DNA of 47,047 bases from a virus (taxonomy: Duplodnaviria; Heunggongvirae; Uroviricota; Caudoviricetes), in the IMG/VR virus record IMGVR_UViG_2872703611_000004; one strand, given 5' to 3'. Below are positions 18,130 through 31,285 of the stretch, piece after piece (position 1 is the first letter of the stretch; each line of letters opens with the position of its first letter). The position numbers were made by a program, and so were the translations under genes. The notes under the pieces are model-generated. The model did not search any database. It was not told the DNA's origin and saw only the letters and a program-made list of their open reading frames with translations.

Positions 18130-18593
18130 ACAGAGTAACCGCGATTATCTCCGCTCTGGTTATCTGCATCATCGTCTGCCTGTCATGGGCTGTTAATCAT
18201 TACCGTGATAACGCCATTACCTACAAAGCCCAGCGCGACAAAAATGTCAGAGAACTGAAGCTGGCGAACGCGGCAATTACTGACATGCAGATGCGTCAGC
18301 GTGATGTTGCTGCGCTCGATGCAAAATACACGAAGGAGTTAGCTGATGCGAAAGCTGAAAATGATGCTCTTCTGCGGAAGCTTGATAATGGTGGCAGGGT
18401 GCTCGTCAAAGGAAAATGCCCTGTGCCATCCTCTGCCGAAACCTCCAGCGCCTCCGGCATGGGCAATGATGCCACCGTCGAACTCTCTCCAGTTGCTGGA
18501 CGAAACGTTCTCGATATCCGGGACGGAATTATCCGCGACCAAACAGCACTGAGAACGCTTCAGGAATACATTAGGACGCAATGCCTTCGATGA
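18126..18593 (+). CDS. Rz: Rz i-spanin (N-terminal TM anchor, coiled-coil periplasmic domain)
   Basis: [80 protein letters not shown]...; start overlaps the R stop. Confidence 0.9.
   Translation: MNRVTAIISALVICIIVCLSWAVNHYRDNAITYKAQRDKNVRELKLANAAITDMQMRQRDVAALDAKYTKELADAKAENDALLRKLDNGGRVLVKGKCPVPSSAETSSASGMGNDATVELSPVAGRNVLDIRDGIIRDQTALRTLQEYIRTQCLR
18346..18552 (+). CDS. Rz1: Rz1 o-spanin, outer-membrane lipoprotein embedded in the +1 frame of Rz
   Basis: [44 protein letters not shown]...; lipobox MVAGC, proline-rich mature part, fully inside Rz. Confidence 0.85.
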   Translation: MRKLKMMLFCGSLIMVAGCSSKENALCHPLPKPPAPPAWAMMPPSNSLQLLDETFSISGTELSATKQH

Positions 18594-18770
18594 TAGCGAT
18601 AATTTTACTCATCATCCTTCACATCTGGCTCTGTAGACAGGGTGGTGATCACTTCTGGAGTAAATCCAGATTAAACATCTCATTGCTGATGCTTGATATT
18701 GAGCATCTGGCGCGCAGTAAGGGGCTGCGTTGAGATAAGAGCCAGTTCATTACAAATACCAGGATTTAGC

Positions 18771-18797
18771 CTCGCATTCGCGGGGCTTTTTATATCT
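18771..18797 (+). terminator. Candidate terminator downstream of the lysis cassette
   Basis: GCCTCGC-ATTC-GCGGGGC stem (one G-U pair) followed by TTTTTATAT. Confidence 0.35.
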
Positions 18798-18935
18798 GAA
18801 TTTCACAGCGCATCTCACGCGCATATTAACGAGAGCCTTTCAGTAAGCGAGCCTGAGAAATGCCGTTATAGGTGGCGACCTCTCTCGGGCGGCTTTTCTG
18901 TGAGACAGGCTCACTTTCTAAAAGGTAAAGACGCT

Positions 18936-19460
18936 ATGAATAATCATTCAGTTATTCCAGCCTTCGACTTCCGAGAAATGGTGCAAGCCAAAAACGGAGA
19001 GGTCGTTACCACATCCAGAAAAATTGCCAAGTACTTCGGCAAGCGACACGGTGATGTTCTCAGGAAAATCGAGCAGGTTAAGGCTGATTGCTCGCGTGAG
19101 TTTAGCCAACGCAATTTTGCGTCGGCTGATTATATCGATGAGCAGGGCAAGGTTCGCCCGATGTACAGCCTGACGAAAGATGGCTGGATCATGGTTGTGA
19201 TGGGGTTCACCGGGAAAGCTGCTGCGGCAATCAAGGAGAGCTATATCGCAGCATTCAACTGGATGGCAGAACAACTGAGCCGCCGCATGGCAATTGGCGA
19301 AGAAATGCAGCACCGCTACGCCATCAAAGAAACACGCTCAAAGCTGAAAGGTACGATCGGCAGTCGGTTAATGAACGAACGGAAGAAAGAGAAGCGTGTC
19401 CTGGCTGTCGAGCATGAATACATCTTGCAGGTGACACAGCCTGAACTGCTGATTAATTGA
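18936..19460 (+). CDS. Rha-family phage regulatory protein (antirepressor-like)
   Basis: 174 aa from ATG with upstream AAAGG: MNNHSVIPAFDFREMVQAKNGEVVTTSRKIAKYFGKRHGDVLRKIEQ...; the 81 upstream codons of the track ORF lack coding character. Confidence 0.65.
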   Translation: MNNHSVIPAFDFREMVQAKNGEVVTTSRKIAKYFGKRHGDVLRKIEQVKADCSREFSQRNFASADYIDEQGKVRPMYSLTKDGWIMVVMGFTGKAAAAIKESYIAAFNWMAEQLSRRMAIGEEMQHRYAIKETRSKLKGTIGSRLMNERKKEKRVLAVEHEYILQVTQPELLIN

Positions 19461-19671
19461 AGATGTCATTACAAAGCCTATCTACGGGGGGCTTGATAAT
19501 GGCTTATACCCTGCACGGGATAACTTAACTGATATCCCTTTTAACGGATAAAGGTATTCAAGCCTGACACATCATGCGCTGTATCGTCGCCGTATTCCCG
19601 CATTAACCATGACCGTAGGTAACCGGCTCATTTAAACCGTCTGGTCTGTTTCCTCCGGCTCTACAAAAATA

Positions 19672-20349
19672 ATGTCCATCATTTTTAATGGACACTATCG
19701 TATGAAACACCGGACCTGGATCACTGAAGCTTTACGTCTTCACTTTGAAGAACATTTACCCCGGGTTGTGGCCGGGCGTCGCCTGGGTGTACCAAAATCA
19801 ACAGTTTGTAGTATGTTCGTGCGCTTTCGGAGAGCTGGCCTTTCGTGGCCTTTGCCCGCAGGCATGTCGGAGCAGGAACTTGATGCCTGCCTTTACGGAC
19901 AATTTTCCACGGTACCAGTCGTACGTCCTGAAAGCACCGTTATATCCGAAGCCCCCGTGGTAAAAAAACGTCCCCGGCGGCCCAACTTCCCTTATGAGTT
20001 TAAAATCGCCTTAGTGGAGCAGTCACTGCAGCCCGGAGCCTGTGTGGCGCAGATCGCCCGGGAAAACGGAATCAACGATAACCTGCTCTTCAACTGGCGC
20101 CATCAATACCGGAAAGGTGGCCTGCTGCCTTCCGGAAAAAATATGCCGGCACTGCTTCCCGTGACGTTAACGCCGGAGCCGGATAATAAAATCCCGGCCC
20201 CCGCACAGGAACCAGAGCAGATAAATACACCGCCCGACAGTCTGTGTTGTGAGCTGGTTCTGCCGGCCGGAACTCTCAGGCTTAAAGGTAAACTGACGCC
20301 GGCGTTATTACAGACACTTATCCGCGAAATAAAAGGGAGCAGCCACTGA
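19672..20349 (+). CDS. IS66-family accessory protein (orf1/TnpA-like); true start may be Met11
   Basis: 225-aa first ORF of the element; last codons abut the second ORF start (ATGA junction). Confidence 0.6.
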   Translation: MSIIFNGHYRMKHRTWITEALRLHFEEHLPRVVAGRRLGVPKSTVCSMFVRFRRAGLSWPLPAGMSEQELDACLYGQFSTVPVVRPESTVISEAPVVKKRPRRPNFPYEFKIALVEQSLQPGACVAQIARENGINDNLLFNWRHQYRKGGLLPSGKNMPALLPVTLTPEPDNKIPAPAQEPEQINTPPDSLCCELVLPAGTLRLKGKLTPALLQTLIREIKGSSH

Positions 20350-20696
20350 TGATATCTCTCCCTGCAGGTTCGCGTATCTGGCTGGTTGCAGGTATCACCG
20401 ATATGCGAAATGGCTTTAACGGCCTGGCATCAAAAGTTCAGAACGTCCTGAAGGATGACCCGTTCTCCGGACACCTGTTCATCTTCCGCGGACGCCGGGG
20501 TGACCAGATAAAAGTGTTGTGGGCTGACAGTGACGGACTGTGCCTCTTCACCAAACGCCTGGAGCGGGGCCGCTTCGTCTGGCCAGTCACCCGTGACGGC
20601 AAGGTGCACCTTACTCCGGCTCAGTTATCCATGCTTCTTGAAGGTATCAACTGGAAGCACCCGAAACGAACGGAACGCGCTGGAATCCGCATATAA
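20349..20696 (+). CDS. IS66-family Orf2 (TnpB-like)
   Basis: 115 aa MISLPAGSRIWLVAGITDMRNGFNGLASKVQNVLKDDPFSGHLFIFRGRRGDQIKVLWADSDGLCLFTKRLERGRF...; characteristic IS66 orf2 size and motifs. Confidence 0.8.
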   Translation: MISLPAGSRIWLVAGITDMRNGFNGLASKVQNVLKDDPFSGHLFIFRGRRGDQIKVLWADSDGLCLFTKRLERGRFVWPVTRDGKVHLTPAQLSMLLEGINWKHPKRTERAGIRI

Positions 20697-20715
20697 CCCG
20701 TTGTAAAGTGAGGAT

Positions 20716-22287
20716 ATGGACACCTCACTTGCTCATGAGAACGCCCGCCTGCGGGCACTGTTGCAGACGCAACAGGACACCATCCGCCAGATGGCTGAAT
20801 ACAACCGCCTGCTCTCACAGCGGGTGGCGGCTTATGCTTCCGAAATCAACCGGCTGAAGGCGCTGGTTGCGAAACTGCAACGTATGCAGTTCGGTAAAAG
20901 CTCAGAAAAACTTCGTGCAAAAACCGAACGGCAGATACAGGAAGCACAGGAGCGAATCAGCGCACTTCAGGAAGAAATGGCGGAAACGCTGGGTGAGCAA
21001 TATGACCCGGTACTGCCATCCGCCCTGCGCCAGTCTTCAGCCCGTAAACCGTTACCGGCCTCACTTCCCCGTGAAACCCGGGTTATCCGGCCGGAAGAGG
21101 AATGCTGTCCTGCCTGTGGTGGTGAACTCAGTTCTCTGGGATGTGATGTGTCAGAGCAACTGGAGCTTATCAGCAGCGCCTTTAAGGTTATCGAAACACA
21201 ACGTCCGAAACTGGCCTGTTGTCGGTGCGACCATATCGTGCAGGCACCAGTACCTTCAAAACCCATTGCACGCAGTTATGCCGGAGCGGGGCTCCTGGCC
21301 CATGTCGTCACCGGAAAATATGCAGACCATCTGCCGTTATACCGCCAGTCAGAGATATACCGCCGTCAGGGTGTGGAGCTGAGCCGTGCCACACTGGGGC
21401 GCTGGACAGGTGCCGTTGCTGAACTACTGGAGCCGCTGTATGACGTCCTGCGCCAGTATGTGCTGATGCCCGGTAAAGTCCATGCTGATGATATCCCCGT
21501 CCCGGTCCAGGAGCCGGGCAGCGGTAAAACCCGGACAGCCCGGCTGTGGGTCTACGTCCGTGATGACCGTAACGCCGGTTCACAGATGCCCCCGGCGGTC
21601 TGGTTCGCGTACAGTCCGGACCGGAAAGGTATCCATCCACAAAATCACCTGGCCGGTTACAGCGGTGTGCTTCAGGCCGATGCTTACGGTGGTTACCGGG
21701 CGTTATACGAATCCGGCAGAATAACGGAAGCCGCGTGTATGGCTCATGCCCGGAGAAAAATCCACGATGTGCATGCAAGAGCGCCCACCTACATCACCAC
21801 GGAAGCCCTGCAGCGTATCGGTGAACTGTATGCCATCGAGGCAGAGGTCCGGGGCTGTTCAGCAGAACAGCGTCTGGCGGCAAGAAAAGCCAGAGCCGCG
21901 CCACTGATGCAGTCACTGTATGACTGGATACAGCAACAGATGAAAACACTGTCGCGTCACTCAGATACGGCAAAAGCGTTCGCATACCTGCTGAAACAGT
22001 GGGATGCACTGAACGTGTACTGCAGTAATGGCTGGGTGGAAATCGACAACAACATCGCAGAGAACGCCTTACGGGGAGTGGCCGTAGGCCGGAAAAACTG
22101 GATGTTCGCGGGTTCCGACAGCGGTGGTGAACATGCGGCGGTGTTGTACTCGCTGATCGGCACATGCCGTCTGAACAATGTGGAGCCAGAAAAGTGGCTG
22201 CGTTACGTCATTGAACATATCCAGGACTGGCCGGCAAACCGGGTACGCGATCTGTTGCCCTGGAAAGTTGATCTGAGCTCTCAGTAA
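20716..22287 (+). CDS. IS66-family transposase (TnpC)
   Basis: 523 aa; N-terminal leucine-zipper-like region, CxxC...CxxC zinc finger (CCPACGG...CCRCDH), conserved C-terminal catalytic region. Confidence 0.85.
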   Translation: MDTSLAHENARLRALLQTQQDTIRQMAEYNRLLSQRVAAYASEINRLKALVAKLQRMQFGKSSEKLRAKTERQIQEAQERISALQEEMAETLGEQYDPVLPSALRQSSARKPLPASLPRETRVIRPEEECCPACGGELSSLGCDVSEQLELISSAFKVIETQRPKLACCRCDHIVQAPVPSKPIARSYAGAGLLAHVVTGKYADHLPLYRQSEIYRRQGVELSRATLGRWTGAVAELLEPLYDVLRQYVLMPGKVHADDIPVPVQEPGSGKTRTARLWVYVRDDRNAGSQMPPAVWFAYSPDRKGIHPQNHLAGYSGVLQADAYGGYRALYESGRITEAACMAHARRKIHDVHARAPTYITTEALQRIGELYAIEAEVRGCSAEQRLAARKARAAPLMQSLYDWIQQQMKTLSRHSDTAKAFAYLLKQWDALNVYCSNGWVEIDNNIAENALRGVAVGRKNWMFAGSDSGGEHAAVLYSLIGTCRLNNVEPEKWLRYVIEHIQDWPANRVRDLLPWKVDLSSQ

Positions 22288-22469
22288 ATATCAATACGGT
22301 TCTGACGAGTCGCTTACGACCGTAGCCCGACGGGGAATTCCTTCTGCGTGAGTGTGCGGGAATAATCAAAAACGATGCACACCGGGTTATTAACGCGTCA
22401 ACTGAACGCGGGGTTGCTCTTCATGTCAGCCAGTCCGGTGCAGGGGTAGAAGAAACCGGACGTTATGGT

Positions 22470-22880
22470 TTAGTGTGGAAACATTTGTGATGTGCTCTGT
22501 ATGTTTTCAGTAAAGAGTAATGAATTATCAAAGGCATAGTAATATCTTTTTTGTTCGTGGATATTTGTAACCCACCGAAAAACTCCTGCTTTAGCAAGGT
22601 TTCTTCTGTATTCCTGAAATGTGATCTCTCTGGATTTCAGCTTATTAGAGGTCGTTTCTATAAGATGCCTATCCTTTGAAAATTTGACAGACACAATGTT
22701 TTTTAGGCCCTTTAATAACACTGTATTATCATTTTTTAATACAATATGAACATTCTCTGTGGCTAAATAGTAAATGTAATGTGAGACATTATGACGTTTT
22801 AGCTCAGAATAAAACCATTGATAGTTTAAATCGTTTCGAACTTTATCAAATATTTGTTTAAAAATGACTACCTGATCCAT
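22470..22880 (-). CDS. ybcV: YbcV-like hypothetical protein (DLP12 pre-cos region type), AT-rich
   Basis: 136 aa from Met with GGAAGG SD: [52 protein letters not shown]...; identification from memory of DLP12 gene order. Confidence 0.55.
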   Translation of the reverse strand: MDQVVIFKQIFDKVRNDLNYQWFYSELKRHNVSHYIYYLATENVHIVLKNDNTVLLKGLKNIVSVKFSKDRHLIETTSNKLKSREITFQEYRRNLAKAGVFRWVTNIHEQKRYYYAFDNSLLFTENIQSTSQMFPH

Positions 22881-22928
22881 AGATAAACCTTCCATGTGAT
22901 ATGAGGGGGGCGTAGTCTGCACGATTAT

Positions 22929-23114
22929 CTAAATTGCTTCAATCTGGTCTGATCTGTTTTCTGAGCACAGTCTCCGGCGGCAGGCTTCAATGACCCAGGC
23001 TGAGAAATTCCCGGACCCTTTTTGATCAAGAGCGATGTTAATTTGTTCAATCATTTGGTTAGGAAAGCGGATGTTGCGGGTTGTTGTTCTGCGGGTTCTG
23101 TTCTTCGTTGACAT
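22929..23114 (-). CDS. ylcI: YlcI-like small protein
   Basis: 61 aa MSTKNRTRRTTTRNIRFPNQMIEQINIALDQKGSGNFSAWVIEACRRRL... Confidence 0.5.
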   Translation of the reverse strand: MSTKNRTRRTTTRNIRFPNQMIEQINIALDQKGSGNFSAWVIEACRRRLCSENRSDQIEAI

Positions 23115-23269
23115 GAGGTTGCCCTGTATTCAGTGTCACTGATTTGTATTGTCTGAAGTTGTTTTTACGTTAAGTTGATGCAGATCAATTAATACGATAC
23201 CTGCGTCATAATTGATTATTTGACGTGGTTTGATGGCGTAGATGCACGTTGTGACATGCAGATGATAAT

Positions 23270-23502
23270 TATTATCATTTTGCGGGTCCTTTCCGGCGAT
23301 CCGACAGGTTACGGGGCGGCGACCTCGCGGGTTTTCGCTATTTATGAAAATTTTCCGGTTTAAGGTGTTTCCGTTCTTCTTCGTCGTAACTTAATGTTTT
23401 TATTTAAAATACCCCCTGAAAAGAAAGGAAACGACAGGTGCTGAAAGCGAGCTTTTTGGCCTCTGTCGTTTCCTTTCTCTGTTTTTGTCCGTGGAATGAA
23501 CA
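23270..23502. other. cos site: cosQ, cosN (12-nt cohesive end GGGCGGCGACCT at 23314-23325) and cosB
   Basis: ...GCGGGTCCTTTCCGGCGATCCGACAGGTTACG | GGGCGGCGACCTCGCGGGTTTTCGCTATTTATGAAAATTTTCCGGTTTAAGG... matches the lambda genome ends; nu1 starts at 23503. Confidence 0.92.
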
Positions 23503-24022
23503 ATGGAAGTCAACAAAAAGCAGCTGGCTGACATTTTCGGTGCGAGTATCCGTACCATTCAGAACTGGCAGGAACAGGGAATGCCCGTTCTGCGAGGCGG
23601 TGGCAAGGGTAATGAGGTGCTTTATGACTCTGCCGCCGTCATAAAATGGTATGCCGAAAGGGATGCTGAAATTGAGAACGAAAAGCTGCGCCGGGAGGTT
23701 GAAGAACTGCGGCAGGCCAGCGAGGCAGATCTCCAGCCAGGGACTATTGAGTACGAACGCCATCGACTTACGCGTGCGCAGGCCGACGCACAGGAACTGA
23801 AGAATGCCAGAGACTCCGCTGAAGTGGTGGAAACCGCATTCTGTACTTTCGTGTTGTCGCGGATCGCAGGTGAAATTGCCAGTATTCTCGACGGGATCCC
23901 CCTGTCGGTGCAGCGGCGTTTTCCGGAACTGGAAAACCGACATGTTGATTTCCTGAAACGGGATATCATCAAAGCCATGAACAAAGCAGCCGCGCTGGAT
24001 GAACTGATACCGGGGTTGCTGA

Positions 24023-24048
<26 letters not shown>
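23503..24048 (+). CDS. nu1: Terminase small subunit Nu1
   Basis: 181 aa MEVNKKQLADIFGASIRTIQNWQEQGMPVLRGGGKGNEVLYDSAAVIKWYAERD... Confidence 0.97.
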
Positions 24049-27729
<3,681 letters not shown>

Positions 27730-27749
<20 letters not shown>

Positions 27750-29049
27750 TCTCCCGCATATTGCCAGCATGGCCTTTAATGAGCCGCTGATGCTTGAACC
27801 CGCCTATGCGCGGGTTTTCTTTTGTGCGCTTGCAGGCCAGCTTGGGATCAGCCGCCTGACGGATGCGGTGTCCGGCGACAGCCTGACTGCCCAGGAGGCA
27901 CTCGCGACGCTGGCATTATCCGGTGATGATGACGGACCACGACAGGCCCGCAGTTATCAGGTCATGAACGGCATCGCCGTGCTGCCGGTGTCCGGCACGC
28001 TGGTCAGCCGGACGCGGGCGCTGCAGCCGTACTCGGGGATGACCGGTTACAACGGCATTATCGCCCGTCTGCAACAGGCTGCCAGCGACCCGATGGTGGA
28101 CGGCATTCTGCTCGATATGGACACGCCAGGCGGAATGGTGGCGGGGGCATTTGACTGCGCTGACATCATCGCCCGTGTGCGAGACATAAAACCGGTATGG
28201 GCGCTGGCCAACGACATGAACTGCAGTGCAGGTCAGCTGCTTGCCAGTGCCGCCTCCCGGCGTCTGGTCACGCAGACCGCCCGGACAGGCTCCATCGGCG
28301 TCATGATGGCTCACAGTAATTACGGTGCTGCCCTGGAGAAACAGGGTGTGGAAATCACGCTGATTTACAGCGGCAGCCATAAGGTGGATGGCAATCCCTA
28401 CAGCCATCTTCCGGATGACGTCCGGGAGACACTGCAGTCCCGGATGGACGCAACCCGCCAGATGTTTGCGCAGAAGGTGTCGGCATATACCGGCCTGTCT
28501 GTGCAGGCTGTGCTGGATACCGAGGCTGCAGTGTACAGCGGTCAGGAGGCCATTGATGCCGGACTGGCTGATGAACTTGTTAACAGCACCGATGCGATCA
28601 CCGTCATGCGTGATGCACTGGATGCGCGTAAATCCCGTCTCTCAGGAGGGCGAATGACCAAAGAGACTCAATCAACAACTGTTTCAGCCACTGCTTCGCA
28701 GACTGACGTTACTGACGTGGTGCCAGCGACGGAGGGCGAAAACGCCAGCGCGGCGCAGCCGGACGTGAACGCGCAGATCACCGCTGCGGTTGCGGCAGAA
28801 AACAGCCGCATTATGGGGATCCTCAACTGTGAGGAGGCTCACGGACGCGAAGAACAGGCCCGCGTGCTGGCAGAAACCCCCGGTATGACCGTGGAAACGG
28901 CCCGCCGCATTCTGGCAGCTGCACCACAGAGTGCACAGGCGCGCAGTGACACTGCGCTGGATCGTCTGATGCAGGGGGCACCGGCACCGCTGGCTACAGG
29001 TAACCCGGCATCTGATGCCGTTAACGATTTGCTGAACACACCAGTGTAA
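27730..29049 (+). CDS. C: Head maturation protease C (GTG start 20 nt before the B stop)
   Basis: 439 aa (V)TAELRNLPHIASMAFNEPLMLEPAYARVFFCALAGQLGISRLTDAVSGDSLTAQEALATLALSGDDDGPRQARSYQVMNG...; same length as lambda C. Confidence 0.93.
28444..29049 (+). CDS. nu3: Scaffolding protein Nu3, in-frame internal start within C
   Basis: ATG at the position equivalent to lambda nu3 (714 nt into C); MDATRQMFAQKVSAYTGLSVQ... Confidence 0.75.
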   Translation: MDATRQMFAQKVSAYTGLSVQAVLDTEAAVYSGQEAIDAGLADELVNSTDAITVMRDALDARKSRLSGGRMTKETQSTTVSATASQTDVTDVVPATEGENASAAQPDVNAQITAAVAAENSRIMGILNCEEAHGREEQARVLAETPGMTVETARRILAAAPQSAQARSDTALDRLMQGAPAPLATGNPASDAVNDLLNTPV

Positions 29050-29058
29050 GGGATGTTT

Positions 29059-29391
29059 ATGACGAGCAAAGAAACCTTTACCCATTACCAGCCGCTGGGC
29101 AACAGTGACCCGGCACATACGGCAACCGCGCCCGGCGGATTGAGTGCGAAAGCGCCTGCAATGACCCCGCTGATGCTGGACACCTCCACCCGTAAGCTGG
29201 TTGCGTGGGATGGCACCACCGACGGTACTGCCGTTGGCATTCTGGCGGTTGATGCTGACCAGACCAGCACCACGCTGACGTTCTACAAGTCCGGCACGTT
29301 CCGTTATGAGGATGTGCTCTGGCCGGAGGCTGCCAGCGACGAGACGAAAAAACGGACCGCGTTTGCCGGAACGGCAATCAGCATCGTTTAA
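29059..29391 (+). CDS. D: Capsid decoration protein D
   Basis: 110 aa [56 protein letters not shown]... Confidence 0.95.
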   Translation: MTSKETFTHYQPLGNSDPAHTATAPGGLSAKAPAMTPLMLDTSTRKLVAWDGTTDGTAVGILAVDADQTSTTLTFYKSGTFRYEDVLWPEAASDETKKRTAFAGTAISIV

Positions 29392-29446
29392 CCTTACCCT
29401 TCATCACTAAAGGCCGCCTGTGCGGCTTTTTTTACGGGATTTTTTT

Positions 29447-30472
29447 ATGTCGATGTACACAACCGCCCAGCTGCTGGCGGCAAATGAGAAGAAATTTAAG
29501 TTTGATCCGCTGTTTCTGCGTCTCTTTTTCCGTGAGAGCTATCCCTTCACCACGGAGAAAGTCTATCTCTCACAAATTCCGGGACTGGTAAACATGGCGC
29601 TGTACGTTTCGCCGATTGTTTCCGGTGAGGTTATCCGCTCCCGTGGCGGCTCCACCTCTGAATTTACACCGGGATATGTCAAGCCGAAGCATGAGGTGAA
29701 TCCGCAGATGACCCTGCGTCGCCTGCCGGATGAAGATCCGCAGAATCTGGCGGACCCGGCTTACCGCCGCCGTCGCATCATCATGCAGAACATGCGAGAC
29801 GAAGAGCTGGCCATTGCTCAGGTCGAAGAGATGCAGGCAGTTTCTGCTGTGCTTAAGGGCAAATACACCATGACCGGTGAAGCCTTCGATCCGGTTGAGG
29901 TGGATATGGGCCGCAGTGCGGCGAACAACATCACACAGTCCGGTGGTACGGAGTGGAGCAAGCGTGACAAGTCCACGTATGACCCGACCGACGATATCGA
30001 AGCCTATGCGCTGAACGCCAGCGGAGTGGTGAATATCATCGTGTTTGATCCGAAAGGCTGGGCGCTGTTCCGTTCCTTCAAAGCCGTCAAGGAGAAGCTG
30101 GATACCCGTCGCGGCTCTAATTCCGAGCTGGAGACAGCGGTAAAAGACCTGGGCGAAGCGGTGTCCTATAAGGGGATGTATGGCGATACGGCGATCGTCG
30201 TGTATTCCGGACAGTACGTGGAAAACGACGTCAAAAAGAACTTCCTTCCGGACAACACGATGGTGCTGGGGAACACTCAGGCACGCGGTCTGCGCACCTA
30301 TGGCTGCATTCAGGATGCGGACGCACAGCGCGAAGGTATTAACGCCTCTGCCCGCTACCCGAAAAACTGGGTGACCACCGGCGATCCGGCGCGTGAGTTC
30401 ACCATGATTCAGTCAGCACCGCTGATGCTGCTGGCTGACCCTGATGCGTTCGTGTCCGTACAACTGGCGTAA
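29447..30472 (+). CDS. E: Major capsid protein E
   Basis: 341 aa MSMYTTAQLLAANEKKFKFDPLFLRLFFRESYPFTTEKVYLSQIPGLVNMALYVSPIVSGEVIRSRGG... Confidence 0.97.
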   Translation: MSMYTTAQLLAANEKKFKFDPLFLRLFFRESYPFTTEKVYLSQIPGLVNMALYVSPIVSGEVIRSRGGSTSEFTPGYVKPKHEVNPQMTLRRLPDEDPQNLADPAYRRRRIIMQNMRDEELAIAQVEEMQAVSAVLKGKYTMTGEAFDPVEVDMGRSAANNITQSGGTEWSKRDKSTYDPTDDIEAYALNASGVVNIIVFDPKGWALFRSFKAVKEKLDTRRGSNSELETAVKDLGEAVSYKGMYGDTAIVVYSGQYVENDVKKNFLPDNTMVLGNTQARGLRTYGCIQDADAQREGINASARYPKNWVTTGDPAREFTMIQSAPLMLLADPDAFVSVQLA

Positions 30473-30513
30473 TCATGGCCCTTCGGGGCCATTTTCTCTC
30501 TGTGGAGGAGTCT

Positions 30514-30909
30514 ATGACGAAAGATGAACTGATTGCCCGTCTTCAGGTGCTGGGTGAGCAACTGAACCGTGATGTCAGCCTGACGGGGACGAAAGAAGAA
30601 CTGGTGCTCCGTGTGGCAGAGCTGGAAGAGGAGCTTGATGACACGGATGACGCTGCCGGTCAGGACACATCTGTCAGCCCGGAAAATGCGCTGACCGGAC
30701 ATGAAAATGAGGTGGTATCAGCGCAGCCGGATACCGTGATTGATACGGCTGCTCTGGTCACGGTCGTGGCACTGGTGACGCTGCATACTGATGCACTTCA
30801 CGCCACGCGGGATGAGCCTGTGGCATTTGTGCTGCCGGGAACGGCGTTTCGTGTCTCTGCCGGTGTGGCAGCCGAAATGACAGAACATGGCCTGGCCAGA
30901 ATGCAATAA
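30514..30909 (+). CDS. FI: Head assembly protein FI
   Basis: MTKDELIARLQVLGEQLNRDVSLTGTKEELVLRVAELEEELDDTDDAAGQDTS... Confidence 0.93.
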   Translation: MTKDELIARLQVLGEQLNRDVSLTGTKEELVLRVAELEEELDDTDDAAGQDTSVSPENALTGHENEVVSAQPDTVIDTAALVTVVALVTLHTDALHATRDEPVAFVLPGTAFRVSAGVAAEMTEHGLARMQ

Positions 30910-30920
30910 CGGGAGGCGCT

Positions 30921-31274
30921 GTGGCTGATTCCGATAACCTGTTCGATGCTGCCATTGCCCGCGCCGATGAAACGATACGCGGGTACATGGGAACGTCAGC
31001 CACCATGACATCCGGTGAGCTGTCCGGTGCTGTGATACGTGGTGTTTTTGATGACCCTGAAAATATCAGCTATGCCGGACAGGGGGTGCGCGTTGAAGGC
31101 TCCAGCCCGTCCCTGTTTGTCCGGACTGATGATGTGCGGCAGCTGCGGCGTGGAGACACACTGACCATCGGCGAGGAAAACTTCTGGGTGGACCGGATTT
31201 CGCCGGATGATGGCGGAAGCTGTCATCTCTGGCTTGGGCGTGGCGTGCCGCCTGCCGTTAACCGTCGCCGCTGA
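30921..31274 (+). CDS. FII: Head-tail connector FII
   Basis: 117 aa MADSDNLFDAAIARADETIRGYMGTSATMTSGELSGAVIRGVFDDPENISYAGQGVRVEG... Confidence 0.95.
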   Translation: MADSDNLFDAAIARADETIRGYMGTSATMTSGELSGAVIRGVFDDPENISYAGQGVRVEGSSPSLFVRTDDVRQLRRGDTLTIGEENFWVDRISPDDGGSCHLWLGRGVPPAVNRRR

Positions 31275-31285
31275 AAGGGGGATGT

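Larger units (their letters stand above)
19619..22317 (+). mobile_element. IS66-family insertion sequence (2699 bp) with three ORFs, imperfect terminal inverted repeats and an 8-bp target-site duplication
   Basis: Left end GTAACCGGCTCATTTAAACCGTCTGG, right end (reverse complement) GTAAGCGACTCGTCAGAACCGTATTG; direct repeat GACCGTAG at 19611-19618 and 22318-22325. Confidence 0.75.

Noticed and set aside
18693-18935. 81-codon N-terminal extension of the Rha ORF
   Set aside because: Contains a terminator-like hairpin and lacks RBS; the start at 18936 with an upstream purine-rich tract is more plausible.
20867-22178. Multiple ORFs on both strands inside the IS66 transposase gene
   Set aside because: Alternative-frame readings of the GC-rich tnpC; the 523-aa transposase frame is the coherent one.
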